Source: Ignavibacteria bacterium
GTDB lineage: Bacteria; Bacteroidota; Ignavibacteria; Kapaibacteriales; Kapaibacteriaceae
Length of the DNA stretch: 64,000 bases
NCBI GenBank assembly: GCA_016873895.1
Contig: VGVV01000001.1
Coordinates: 287,286 to 351,285, forward strand
Direction: 5' to 3'
Part shown: piece after piece, positions 54,900 through 64,000 of the stretch
Layout: every line of letters starts with the position of its first letter
Numbering within the stretch: position 1 is the stretch's first letter
Notes under the pieces: model-generated
Told to the model about the DNA's origin: nothing
Database searches by the model: none
The model's input: only the letters and a program-made list of their open reading frames with translations
Made by a program: the position numbers and the translations under genes

Positions 54900-57308
54900 T
54901 TAGCCGACGAAGAAGTCTCCGCCGTTGTCTCCACCGTTGTCGCGTGGACCTTCGTTGCGAGGCTCATCGCCACCACGGTCTGGACGGTCGTCGTATCTGC
55001 GCTCTGGGCGTGGACCGCGATCTCCGCGTGGACCACGATCTCCGCCGCGGTCACGGTCGAAGCTGCGTCCACCACGGTCACCACCACGTCCACCACGATC
55101 ACCGCCGCGGCCGCCACGATCACCACCACGTCCGCCACCAAAGCGGTCGCCACCTGGACGAGGTCCGCGCGGCACATACTCTTCCGCTTCCATACCTTCC
55201 GGCACTGGTAGAAGAGCCTTTCGTGAGAGACGGATCTTTCCATCAGGCTGTACTTCGACAACCTTGACTTCGATGATGTCTCCAACCTTGAGAACATCAG
55301 CTACATTCTCAACGCGCTTGTAATCGATTTGCGAGATATGCAGAAGGCCTTCCTTCTTTGGCTTGAGTTCGATGAACGCACCAAGACCTTCACGAATCTC
55401 TTTCACCTTGCCCTTGATGATGCTGTCGAGTTCGATCGGCTTCGTGATATCACGGATGCGTGCGATGGCTGCATCGGCACTTTCCTGATTTACAGCTGCG
55501 ATTGTGATTGTTCCATCATCGTCGATGTTGATCTCAGCACCTGTTTCCTTGACGATGCTGCGGATCATTTCGCCCCCTGGTCCGATAACTGCACCGATGG
55601 TTTCGACTGGGATCTGGATTGTTGTAAGCTTTGGAGCGTACTGTGACAGCTCGGCATTTGGAGCAGACATGTGCTCGTTCATGATACCGAGGATGTGCAG
55701 ACGTCCGTCGCGCGCTTGCTGAAGAGCCGTACGCATGATGTCTACAGACAAGCCTTCGATCTTGATATCCATCTGGCAAGCTGTGATACCTTCGTTGGTA
55801 CCTGTAACCTTGAAGTCCATGTCGCCAAGGAAGTCCTCGTCGCCAAGAATATCACTCAACACCGCTACGCGAGTGTCTTCCATGATCAGACCCATTGCAA
55901 TACCTGCAACGGCCTTCTTCATTGGAACACCAGCGTGGAAGAGAGCAAGTGAGCCTGCGCAGACAGTTGCCATCGACGATGAACCGTTCGACTCAAGAAT
56001 ATCCGATACAACGCGAATCGTATATGGGAAGTCTGTTGTCGATGGAATAAATGGCTCAAGTGAGCGTTCGGCAAGATCGCCGTGGCCTGTTTCACGACGG
56101 CTTGTTGCGCCGAAACGACCCGTCTCGCCCGTTGAGAACGGAGGGAAGTTATAGTGCAGCATGTAACCGATCTCATACGTTGGTAGAAGGCCATCGATGA
56201 GCTGCATGTCTTTCTTTGTACCGAGTGTGATCGTCGTAAGTGACTGTGTCTCACCGCGTGTGAAGAGCGCAGAACCGTGTGTGCGCGGAAGCACGCCTGT
56301 TTCGACCGTGATAGGACGAATCTGCGTTGTTGTGCGACCATCAAGGCGGCGTCCCTCTTGAAGGATCATCTCGCGCATTTCACGTGCTTCAATCTTCTTA
56401 ACGAGTCCAGACACAGTCTTGTTAATGTTGATACCGGCATAGGTCTCAGGACTTGCTGCAACAACTGCTTCTACAGCTGCCGTTGCTAAACTATAGACCT
56501 CTTTACGGAATGCCGAGCGCTGATCTTTGGATGACTCGATACGAATCTGCTTACGAATGGGCTCTACAATGGCGTTCTCTATTGCAGTTACAATCTCTGT
56601 AGCTGGTGCAGTAGAGGCAGCCTCTCTCTTGGTGATCGTGAGCATATCCATGAGTTCACGCTGCATAGCGTTGATCTCGCGTATCCAGTTATGCGCGAAC
56701 TCCATAGCTGCAACGAAATCATCTTCTGAGATTTCCTTGCTCGAGCCTTCGACCATCACAATCGAAGAATCCGATCCTGCAACGATAATGTCAAGGTCTG
56801 ATTCCTTGATTTGTGAAAACGTTGGATTGATAACGAACTCACCGTTAACACGTCCAACACGCACTTCTGCAATTGGCCCCTTGAAGGGGATATCACTAAT
56901 CATCAGTGCAGCAGATGCACCGATCGTACCAAGTACATCCGGCTCGTTCTCGAAATCGTAGGAGTAGACGGTTGCAATCACTTGCGTGTCGTTGCGCCAT
57001 TCTTTTGGGAAGAGGGGGCGCAGCGGACGGTCCATGAGACGAGAGGAGAGAACCTCTTTGTTTGTTGGACGTCCTTCACGACGGAAGAAACCACCTGGGA
57101 TCTTTCCCGAAGAAGCGAGCTTCTCACGGTATTCACAGGTAAGTGGAAGAAAATCGATGTCAGGCTTAGGCTCTGCGCTTGCATTTGCCGTTACCAACAC
57201 CATTGTCTCGCCGTAGGTCAGCATGACCGCTCCGGCAGAGAGCTTGGCAAAACGACCTGTCTCGATGATCAGGTCTTTGCCGTTGATGGTCCGTTTTACA
57301 GACTTCAT
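54900..57308 (-). CDS. pnp: Polyribonucleotide nucleotidyltransferase with Gly/Arg/Asp-rich tail
   Basis: [45 protein letters not shown] (VIGPGG) and S1 domains. Start ATG 57308 after AGGAG. Confidence 0.99.
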   Translation of the reverse strand: MKSVKRTINGKDLIIETGRFAKLSAGAVMLTYGETMVLVTANASAEPKPDIDFLPLTCEYREKLASSGKIPGGFFRREGRPTNKEVLSSRLMDRPLRPLFPKEWRNDTQVIATVYSYDFENEPDVLGTIGASAALMISDIPFKGPIAEVRVGRVNGEFVINPTFSQIKESDLDIIVAGSDSSIVMVEGSSKEISEDDFVAAMEFAHNWIREINAMQRELMDMLTITKREAASTAPATEIVTAIENAIVEPIRKQIRIESSKDQRSAFRKEVYSLATAAVEAVVAASPETYAGININKTVSGLVKKIEAREMREMILQEGRRLDGRTTTQIRPITVETGVLPRTHGSALFTRGETQSLTTITLGTKKDMQLIDGLLPTYEIGYMLHYNFPPFSTGETGRFGATSRRETGHGDLAERSLEPFIPSTTDFPYTIRVVSDILESNGSSSMATVCAGSLALFHAGVPMKKAVAGIAMGLIMEDTRVAVLSDILGDEDFLGDMDFKVTGTNEGITACQMDIKIEGLSVDIMRTALQQARDGRLHILGIMNEHMSAPNAELSQYAPKLTTIQIPVETIGAVIGPGGEMIRSIVKETGAEINIDDDGTITIAAVNQESADAAIARIRDITKPIELDSIIKGKVKEIREGLGAFIELKPKKEGLLHISQIDYKRVENVADVLKVGDIIEVKVVEVQPDGKIRLSRKALLPVPEGMEAEEYVPRGPRPGGDRFGGGRGGDRGGRGGDRGGRGGDRGGRSFDRDRGGDRGPRGDRGPRPERRYDDRPDRGGDEPRNEGPRDNGGDNGGDFFVG
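55070..55140 (-). repeat. Imperfect 21-nt tandem repeat encoding (GGRGGDR)n in the PNPase tail
   Basis: Translation [25 protein letters not shown]; synonymous variation between units. Confidence 0.75.
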
Positions 57309-57351
57309 AGATGCTCCTGTATGACTACAGAATTGAACGAGAAAAAAATTC

Positions 57352-57430
57352 TCGGCATCGTGATCAACAATCACTCCTTGTCAGGGGGCTTCCCATATGA
57401 GCCTCTTGACAAAGAGTGCCACGACGCCGA
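57352..57430 (-). promoter_or_regulatory. Long stem-loop in pnp 5' leader (candidate RNase III site)
   Basis: mRNA UCGGCGUCGUG pairs with CACGAUGCCGA (57420-57430 / 57352-57362), CACUCUUUGUCA pairs with UGACAAGGAGUG (57407-57418 / 57372-57383), plus an inner GGCU/AGCC pair. Confidence 0.75.
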
Positions 57431-57454
57431 CATATACACGGTGCCAATAGGCAC

Positions 57455-57490
57455 AAAAGAGGGGTAGCGGAATCCTTAGAATCCGCCACC
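57455..57490 (-). terminator. Intrinsic terminator after rpsO
   Basis: mRNA GGUGGCGGA..UCCGCUACC stem followed by CCUCUUUU. Confidence 0.65.
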
Positions 57491-57503
57491 GCATCGGATA
57501 GAC

Positions 57504-57770
57504 TTACTTACGCAGACCGAGCGCTGCGATGATGTCGCGATAGCGCTGAAGGTCGTTCTTCATCAGGTATGAAAGCAGGTTTTTGCGCTTTGCAACCAAC
57601 ATGATAAGACCACGACGTGAGTGGTGATCTTTCTTATGCTGCGATGCATGCCCCGACAATGCTGAGATGTGCTCTGTCAGAAGAGCGATCTGCACTTCAG
57701 GCTTACCCGTGTTTGCAGCAGAACCGCCATACTTGGCGATGATCTCTGCCTTGCGTTCTTTGGAGATCAT
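57504..57770 (-). CDS. rpsO: 30S ribosomal protein S15
   Basis: [34 protein letters not shown] 57770 has a GGAGG SD and an ATGA overlap with ribF. Confidence 0.98.
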   Translation of the reverse strand: MISKERKAEIIAKYGGSAANTGKPEVQIALLTEHISALSGHASQHKKDHHSRRGLIMLVAKRKNLLSYLMKNDLQRYRDIIAALGLRK

Positions 57771-58723
57771 GAGTTCCTCCATTCTTGAATGAGATGTTGA
57801 TAGATAATTGTTTGTTGCTTGTCTTGTTCGAGTTGGGCTAGAAACTCCTCGCGCGACCCAAATTTCTGCTCTCCGCGAAGTCGCTTATGAAACTTCACAT
57901 CAAGCGTTGTATTGTAAATGTCGTTATCGAATTGAAGAATATGGACCTCAAGTATTGGCACTGTGTCGCTGGTAAATGTGGGCCTCACACCAATGTTGGC
58001 CATTGCTAGGTACTCTGCATCACCATGCCGCACAGTTACGACATACACTCCATTTGCTGGTATAAGCTTGTGTGGCTCCGCAGGAACAACATTAGCCGTT
58101 GGAATGCCGAGTGTGCTGCCTCTTCCGTCGCCCTTTACAACCGTGCCTCGCACGATGTATGGAGAGCCGAGCATCGAAGCTGCCAGTTCAATGTCTCCAG
58201 ACTTAAGGGTTTTGCGGACAAGCGTGCTGCTAACTACAATGCCCTCTGTCTCGAGTGGTGGAATTCTCTCTACATAAAATCCAAGCTCGGCTCCTAGATG
58301 TCGCAACAGCTCTTCATTACCGCCACGGTTTTTGCCAAAGGCATGATCGTGACCAATGAAGAAATGTTGCACATCAATGTATGAAACGAGCTTCCGTACA
58401 AACTCATCAGCAGGAGTTTGAGCAAACTCCGTTGTGAATGGGATCACCACAACGTCATCTACACCCACGTTCGACAGACGTTCGCAGCGCTCTTCAATGC
58501 TCGTAAGCAGGGCAAGGGGCTCGCGGTCTGGCCTAGCCAATACGATTTGCGGATGCGGATCGAAGGTGACAACAACAACTCTCAAACCCTCTGCATCAGC
58601 CATCCTACGCATATACGATATCACACCCTGATGCCCGCGATGCACACCATCAAATGTTCCTACAGTAATGCATGCCTTTTGCTTGTGCGGCCAGGCACCT
58701 TGACCAAACGTTAAAACATTCAT
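57767..58723 (-). CDS. ribF: Bifunctional riboflavin kinase/FAD synthetase
   Basis: [41 protein letters not shown]. Confidence 0.97.
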   Translation of the reverse strand: MNVLTFGQGAWPHKQKACITVGTFDGVHRGHQGVISYMRRMADAEGLRVVVVTFDPHPQIVLARPDREPLALLTSIEERCERLSNVGVDDVVVIPFTTEFAQTPADEFVRKLVSYIDVQHFFIGHDHAFGKNRGGNEELLRHLGAELGFYVERIPPLETEGIVVSSTLVRKTLKSGDIELAASMLGSPYIVRGTVVKGDGRGSTLGIPTANVVPAEPHKLIPANGVYVVTVRHGDAEYLAMANIGVRPTFTSDTVPILEVHILQFDNDIYNTTLDVKFHKRLRGEQKFGSREEFLAQLEQDKQQTIIYQHLIQEWRNS

Positions 58724-59463
58724 GAGGCAACCTCTTTTGTAAGCGCTTGCCGAATCTCGCCAATAGTAAGGGATGCATCTGTATGAAACCCGCCACTTTG
58801 AACTCTACGCAGCGTCCACACATAACCACCTACACCTAGCATCACACCGAGGTCACGCGCTATTGAACGTATGTACGTTCCTTTCGAGCAGGTGACGCGG
58901 CACTGCACATGTGGCCATATGACCGCAACATCTGAGATGCTATGCACCGTTATTTCGCGAACCTTTGGTGTAAAGTCTTTGCCTTCGCGTGCGAGATCAT
59001 ACTGCCGTTTACCTTGGTGGCGAATTGCGCTAAAGGCAGGGGGCGTCTGTTGTATCACCCCAACAAAGGTCTGTAGCGCCGTGCTGATGCTGTCTGCATC
59101 AACTGGCTCACATACCTGCTGCACAACTTCGCCGCCGCGGTCGTCTGTTGTCGATGTTGCACCAAGCAAGACATCAACATCATAGACTTTCACATCATCC
59201 TGCAGCGTAGCGATGTCCTTGGTAGCCTTGCCAAAGCAGACAACCAAAAGCCCCGTTGCCAGAGGATCTAATGTTCCAGCATGACCAACACGTTTGATGC
59301 GCGTCATGTTTCGGACCTTGGCAACGCAGTCAAACGACGTCCATGTTTCTTCTTTGTCAATGAGCGCGATAGCTCCATCCGTTCTCGCTTGCTCCAACCA
59401 CTGATCAACACTACCGATAGTAGACCGATCAAGTATCATTCGTTCATTCGTTGTTGTCGCCAT
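58720..59463 (-). CDS. truB: tRNA pseudouridine(55) synthase
   Basis: TSFDCV, GHAGTLDPLATG, PPAFSA, CSKGTYIRSIARDLG. Start is 59463 or 59439. Confidence 0.97.
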   Translation of the reverse strand: MATTTNERMILDRSTIGSVDQWLEQARTDGAIALIDKEETWTSFDCVAKVRNMTRIKRVGHAGTLDPLATGLLVVCFGKATKDIATLQDDVKVYDVDVLLGATSTTDDRGGEVVQQVCEPVDADSISTALQTFVGVIQQTPPAFSAIRHQGKRQYDLAREGKDFTPKVREITVHSISDVAVIWPHVQCRVTCSKGTYIRSIARDLGVMLGVGGYVWTLRRVQSGGFHTDASLTIGEIRQALTKEVAS

Positions 59464-59827
59464 TGCCTTCTTCTTGATCGTCATCAGCCGGACGTACGCG
59501 ATCGAGTATTGCTTCGATTCGCTGCGCTCTGTCCAATGAGTCGTCGATATAGAACTTGAGCTGCGGCGTATACCGCAGCCGCACGGTCTTGGCTAATTGA
59601 TGACGCAGACGCCCCGTCTCATGTTCTTCAAGATGGTCTAGCACCTCTGCAGGTGAACGACGTCCACCAAACACGCTGAGATACACACGTGCAAGTTGAA
59701 GATCGGCAGACAAGCGTACTTCGGTTACCGAAATGAACCCAGCAGAGAGCTCTTCGGCAATCCTACGAAGGGGGGCAGCGAGAGCTTTTTGGATCTCTCC
59801 GGCAACGCGTTCTGTTCGAATCGACAC
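59444..59827 (-). CDS. rbfA: Ribosome-binding factor A
   Basis: RTERVA.EI, VTEVRLSADL..ARVY, LRYTPQLKF..D. Confidence 0.96.
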   Translation of the reverse strand: MSIRTERVAGEIQKALAAPLRRIAEELSAGFISVTEVRLSADLQLARVYLSVFGGRRSPAEVLDHLEEHETGRLRHQLAKTVRLRYTPQLKFYIDDSLDRAQRIEAILDRVRPADDDQEEGNGDNNE

Positions 59828-59829
59828 TG

Positions 59830-62793
59830 TTACGTAAGCTTCCGTTTCACTTCAATTGTCTTATAGCCTTCAATGATGTCGCCCATCTCGAGGTCGTTAA
59901 AGCCCTGAACGCCTATACCGCACTCGTAGCCAGAATCAACTTCACGTACGTCATCCTTGATGCGCTTGAGAGAGGCAAGCGTACCCTTGTAGATTTCAAA
60001 GCCGTCGCGCAGAACACGAACCTTATCATTACGCGTAATCTTACCATTCTGCACATAGCAGCCGGCAATCGTTCCAAGCTTACTGATCTTGAAGATGGCG
60101 CGTACTTCCACGGTAGAGGTAATCTCTTCTTTGATATCTGGCGTAAGCATACCTTCGAGGGCCAGCTGAACTTCGTTGATACAGTCGTAGATAATAGAAT
60201 ACAAACGAACATCTACCGTCTCAGCTTCAGCAAGCTTGCGCGCTGCAGGAGGAACATTTACTTGGAAGCCAACAATCACGGCATCTGAAGCAGACGCAAG
60301 CATGATGTCGCTTTCAGAAATAGCACCAACACCGCGGTACAGAATGCGAACCTTGACCTCTTGTGTCGAGAGCTTTTGCAAAGAGTCTGCAAGTGCTTCG
60401 ACAGACCCACTCACGTCTGCACGTACGATGAGTCGGAGTTCCTTAACACCACCCTGCTGAATTTGTGCGGAGATATCGTCGAGCGTCATGTGGCGCATAC
60501 CGCGGAACTGTTGCTCGCGGCGAAGCTGCTGACGTCTTGTTGCAACGTCGCGTGCTTCTGCGTCTGTATCCATCTCGACGAGGATGTCGCCTGCGTTTGG
60601 CAGACCATCAAATCCCGTAACCTGTGCAGGCATCGATGATCCGGCTTGTTCCATCCGGTGTCCGCGTTCGTCAAACATTGCTCGAACACGTCCGGCGAAC
60701 TGACCGCACACAAAGATGTCGCCAACGCTGAGTGTACCCTTCTGGACCATAACCGTTACAACGTTGCCACGCCCCTTATCAATATGGGCTTCGATAACAG
60801 TTGCTTTGGCTGCACGGTCTGGGTTAGCCTTGAGATCCAACAGATCTGCTTCGAGAAGGATCTTCTCGAGCAGCGATGGAACGTTGAGTCCTGTCTTCGC
60901 AGAAACTTCTGCTACCTGGAACTTACCACCCCAATCCTCGACCAACACGCCGTGATCGGCAAGTTGTTGGCGGATGCGATCTGGGTTAGCATCAGGCTTG
61001 TCAATCTTATTAATTGCTACGACGATTGGAACACCGGCAGCCTGGGCGTGCGAGATAGCTTCAATCGTTTGGGGCATCACGCTGTCGTCGGCAGAAACCA
61101 CGAGGACAACGATATCCGTGACTTGTGCGCCGCGAGCACGCATAGCGGTAAAGGCTTCGTGACCTGGTGTATCGAGGAAACTAATGGAGCGTCCATTCGG
61201 AAGCTCTACGCGATAGGCACCAATGTGCTGAGTAATCCCGCCAGCTTCACCGGCCACAACATTGGCGTTGCGGATATGGTCTAGCAGCGACGTTTTACCG
61301 TGGTCTACGTGACCCATAATCGTAACGATTGGAGAGCGCGGTTGGAGGGTATCCGGTGCGTCCTCTTCTTCCTCGATTACCATCTCTGCCTGGTCGTCAA
61401 CAAAGTCTACTTCAAAGCCATAGTCAGACGCAATCAGAATGATCGTGTCTTTATCAAGACGTTGGTTGATGGATACCATCAAGCCAAGTCCCATACATTT
61501 CATGATAATGTCTGCAGCCGTTACGCGCATCAGGTTGGCAAGGTCGGCTGTTGTTACAAACTCCGACAAGCGTAAGATTGAGCTCTCACGTGCAAGTTCT
61601 TCCTGACGGATAGCTTCTTTTTCTTCGCGCTCTAAGCGCCTACGCATGCGCAGTTTGGCACGACCACCGGACGGAGCGTATTCCATACCCGAAAGGGTTT
61701 GGCGAATAGCGCGCTCTACATCGGAATCCGAAACCTGAGTACGCATACCCTTTGCGTTGGTCTTCTTCTTTTTGTCAACCTTCTTTGCTGCAGCTGGAGT
61801 AGCGTTAGGACCGAAGTTTGGACGGCTGCGATTATCAGACGTCTGCTGCTGTCCACCGGGACCACCACCTTGCTGTGGTCCACGACCACGCACCATCGCA
61901 TCACCGATAGCACCACGGCGTTGATCACCACCGCCACCACCGGATGGGCGCTTATCGTCGCGTTTTGGACGCAGGGCTGATTTCGGTGCAAGGTCGATCT
62001 TTCCAACAACTGTTAGACCACGAAGCGTGGCACCTTCGCCAGGCTTGAATTCAACTTCAATGACGCCTTTACGACGGCGCTTGCCCTTCTTTTCATCTGT
62101 GTCTGCCGACTCTCCAGCTGGGGCAGCAGGTGCAACAGCAGGTGTGCCAGAGGCATCTGGGGTAGTGGCCTCTACTGGTGCAGCTTCGACGGCCTCGGAT
62201 TCAGGCTCTGCGGCGTCCTTCTTAACCGCTGGCTTTGCAGCCTCTTTTTGACCCTTCTTCGACTTAGCAACTTTCTGCGCCGCCTCATCAATTTTCTCAA
62301 GCTCTTCAGCTTTTGACAAATCGACAACAGCACCCACAGTAGGCCCTGCAACTGGTGCCTGTTGCACGTCATCAGCTACGTCTTCAACCCGAGCCTGGGG
62401 CTCTGGAACAGCCTCTGAAACAGGCTCCGTCGGTATAGGTTGTGGTGCCTGTTCAGCTGCAACTACTTCTTCCGGACGCTCGAGGCGCTCCTCTATCTCA
62501 CGCTCACGCTCATGAGCCTCGGCCATTGTGTCTATAGACACTGCATTGCCTTGCTCAAGATGACTCTTGCGCACTGCTTGTTGGCGTTGGACTTTCTCGC
62601 GCTGCTTCTGAGCAGATTTAAGTTCCTTCGCGAACTTTTCGATCACGAGATCCAATTGCTCATCAGTCAATGCAGTTGTAGCCTTGTTGTCGATCTTGTG
62701 ACCTTTCGACGCCAAGTATCCAACGATTGCATCACGACCAATGTTGATCTGACTCGCAACCTTAAAAAGTTTATTTCCGGTAGAACCAGCCAT
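59830..62793 (-). CDS. infB: Translation initiation factor IF-2
   Basis: [33 protein letters not shown]; long N-terminal extension. Confidence 0.99.
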   Translation of the reverse strand: MAGSTGNKLFKVASQINIGRDAIVGYLASKGHKIDNKATTALTDEQLDLVIEKFAKELKSAQKQREKVQRQQAVRKSHLEQGNAVSIDTMAEAHEREREIEERLERPEEVVAAEQAPQPIPTEPVSEAVPEPQARVEDVADDVQQAPVAGPTVGAVVDLSKAEELEKIDEAAQKVAKSKKGQKEAAKPAVKKDAAEPESEAVEAAPVEATTPDASGTPAVAPAAPAGESADTDEKKGKRRRKGVIEVEFKPGEGATLRGLTVVGKIDLAPKSALRPKRDDKRPSGGGGGDQRRGAIGDAMVRGRGPQQGGGPGGQQQTSDNRSRPNFGPNATPAAAKKVDKKKKTNAKGMRTQVSDSDVERAIRQTLSGMEYAPSGGRAKLRMRRRLEREEKEAIRQEELARESSILRLSEFVTTADLANLMRVTAADIIMKCMGLGLMVSINQRLDKDTIILIASDYGFEVDFVDDQAEMVIEEEEDAPDTLQPRSPIVTIMGHVDHGKTSLLDHIRNANVVAGEAGGITQHIGAYRVELPNGRSISFLDTPGHEAFTAMRARGAQVTDIVVLVVSADDSVMPQTIEAISHAQAAGVPIVVAINKIDKPDANPDRIRQQLADHGVLVEDWGGKFQVAEVSAKTGLNVPSLLEKILLEADLLDLKANPDRAAKATVIEAHIDKGRGNVVTVMVQKGTLSVGDIFVCGQFAGRVRAMFDERGHRMEQAGSSMPAQVTGFDGLPNAGDILVEMDTDAEARDVATRRQQLRREQQFRGMRHMTLDDISAQIQQGGVKELRLIVRADVSGSVEALADSLQKLSTQEVKVRILYRGVGAISESDIMLASASDAVIVGFQVNVPPAARKLAEAETVDVRLYSIIYDCINEVQLALEGMLTPDIKEEITSTVEVRAIFKISKLGTIAGCYVQNGKITRNDKVRVLRDGFEIYKGTLASLKRIKDDVREVDSGYECGIGVQGFNDLEMGDIIEGYKTIEVKRKLT

Positions 62794-62804
62794 ACAACCT
62801 TCGG

Positions 62805-64000
62805 TTATTCATCGCCTTGTTCAGTAGAAGCATCAGACTCATCGCCTTCTTCTACATGTTCTGCTTCGACTTCTTGTTCGTACACTTCTGGAGTCTCCTC
62901 TGCGTACGACTCAGCAATTTCTTCGTCTGTACTTACTGCACTTGAAGTTGATTTTGCCAGGTCGGCATCCTCAAGCGAAATCAAGTAATTCTGGTCTTCA
63001 CGTTCTTCGAATTCTTCAAGCATCACTCGACGAATACGAACGATCATGTCTTTTGGCATCAAGCCCAGCAGCGACATCGGCTCGGCTTCTAAGAATTCAC
63101 GAGCTGTGTCGATTCCTGCACGGATAAGTTGGTCGAAGAGCTCACGGCCAATTTCATCACGGAATTCGATCAATTCAATGTCTTCTGCGCCCTCCTTGAT
63201 CAAGGACAGCGAATATCCTGTCAGCTTCGATGCAAGACGAACATTCTGCCCCTGCTTTCCAATGGCAAGTGAGACCTGATCGTCTGGCACAACTACCACT
63301 GCTTGGCGTCCATTCTCACTAATCTGCACGTCGCGCACCTTCGCAGGCGAAAGAGCACGAGCAATGAACAGGCGTGGGTCTTCCGTGAATTCGATGATGT
63401 CGATATTCTCATTTCCCAATTCACGCACGATAGAATGGATACGAATACCCTTCATTCCAACGCATGCGCCAACTGGATCTACTCGCTCATCAAAAGACGT
63501 TACGGCAACCTTCGCGCGCTCACCTGGTTCGCGAGAGATTGCACGGATTTTGATGATACCATCAAATATTTCCGGGATTTCTTGCTCAAACAGACGAGCC
63601 ATAAACGAATCATCGGCACGAGATAGAATGAGATCTGGCAGACCTGTTGCGCCCCCTGACCTACGAACTTCTTTCAGGATTGCCTTAACCTGCTGATTTT
63701 TCTTGAGTCTCTCGGTTGGGATTTGCTCTTCTCTCGGCAAGCGCATCTCAACCTTGTTGTGCATCACGAGCACATTGTTTGGGCGCACCTGGTAGATCTC
63801 GCCAATGATCACTTCGCCAACACGCTTTGCGTACTCATCGTAGATGTTATCCTTCTCAACGTCACGAATGCGCTGGTTCAAATTCTGAATGGCCTGCGCA
63901 ATCAATCGGCGTCCGAACGAGTCTGCAATGTTCTCGAGCGTGATTTCTTCGATGTGCTCATCGCCAATCTCCGGCTCGTCCCCAGTTTGTTCGCGTACTT
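62805..64000 (-). CDS. nusA: Transcription termination/antitermination factor NusA (5'-truncated by window edge)
   Basis: S1 and KH domains: EIPEI.DG, REPGERAKVAV, DPVGACVG..G.RI, AIGKQGQNVRLA. The frame stays open to the right edge (..DSFGRRLIAQA). Confidence 0.98.
   Translation of the reverse strand, partial: VREQTGDEPEIGDEHIEEITLENIADSFGRRLIAQAIQNLNQRIRDVEKDNIYDEYAKRVGEVIIGEIYQVRPNNVLVMHNKVEMRLPREEQIPTERLKKNQQVKAILKEVRRSGGATGLPDLILSRADDSFMARLFEQEIPEIFDGIIKIRAISREPGERAKVAVTSFDERVDPVGACVGMKGIRIHSIVRELGNENIDIIEFTEDPRLFIARALSPAKVRDVQISENGRQAVVVVPDDQVSLAIGKQGQNVRLASKLTGYSLSLIKEGAEDIELIEFRDEIGRELFDQLIRAGIDTAREFLEAEPMSLLGLMPKDMIVRIRRVMLEEFEEREDQNYLISLEDADLAKSTSSAVSTDEEIAESYAEETPEVYEQEVEAEHVEEGDESDASTEQGDE

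Noticed and set aside
54719-55323. His/Arg-rich (54719-55267), Pro/Arg/Ser-rich (54925-55323) and Val/Ala-rich (54830-55297) ORFs
   Set aside because: Alternative-frame readings of the low-complexity PNPase tail repeat
1-64000. tRNA/rRNA, CRISPR array, transposase/integrase, defence island
   Set aside because: Intergenic gaps are short and I saw no such signatures; the EVE, TatD and EEP genes sit in housekeeping contexts without partner defence genes

Overview
A gene-dense, mostly housekeeping stretch (roughly 50% GC by eye) from a Bacteroidota/Chlorobi-group bacterium, most like Candidatus Kapabacteria. This placement is inferred from T9SS C-terminal sorting domains, signal peptides ending in A|Q, a split atp operon lacking atpD/atpC and TAnnTTTG-like promoters. 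Contents in order: the 5' part of a large secreted PKD/Ig-repeat protein (missed by the ORF track); obgE, radA, crtB; an atp operon (atpZ-atpI-atpB-E-F-H-A-[hldD]-G) followed by a GT-C-like gene; a clpC-udg-ddl-PfkB kinase cluster; two tandem T9SS S8 proteases; dnaX-bcp-tatD fusion-upp; OmpA and WD40/T9SS surface proteins; ABC ATPases; an ANKH/MATE-like exporter; a secreted EEP nuclease; a deoxyhypusine-synthase-like gene; dapB, an EVE protein, a prolyl oligopeptidase; and the nusA-infB-rbfA-truB-ribF-rpsO-pnp cluster. I saw no rRNA, tRNA, CRISPR array, transposase or integrase. The most notable observations are: (1) TatD fused through an internal signal peptide to an outer-membrane beta-barrel; (2) a recurring TAnnTT-N5-9-ATG leaderless architecture, including a 16-bp bidirectional promoter; (3) hldD embedded between atpA and atpG; (4) mutually exclusive hairpins between atpE and atpF; (5) an S8 protease with a CCTSG catalytic motif; (6) an apparently catalytically dead ABC ATPase; (7) a single-base frameshifted secreted-protein gene. 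All family calls come from motif recognition by eye; no searches were run.
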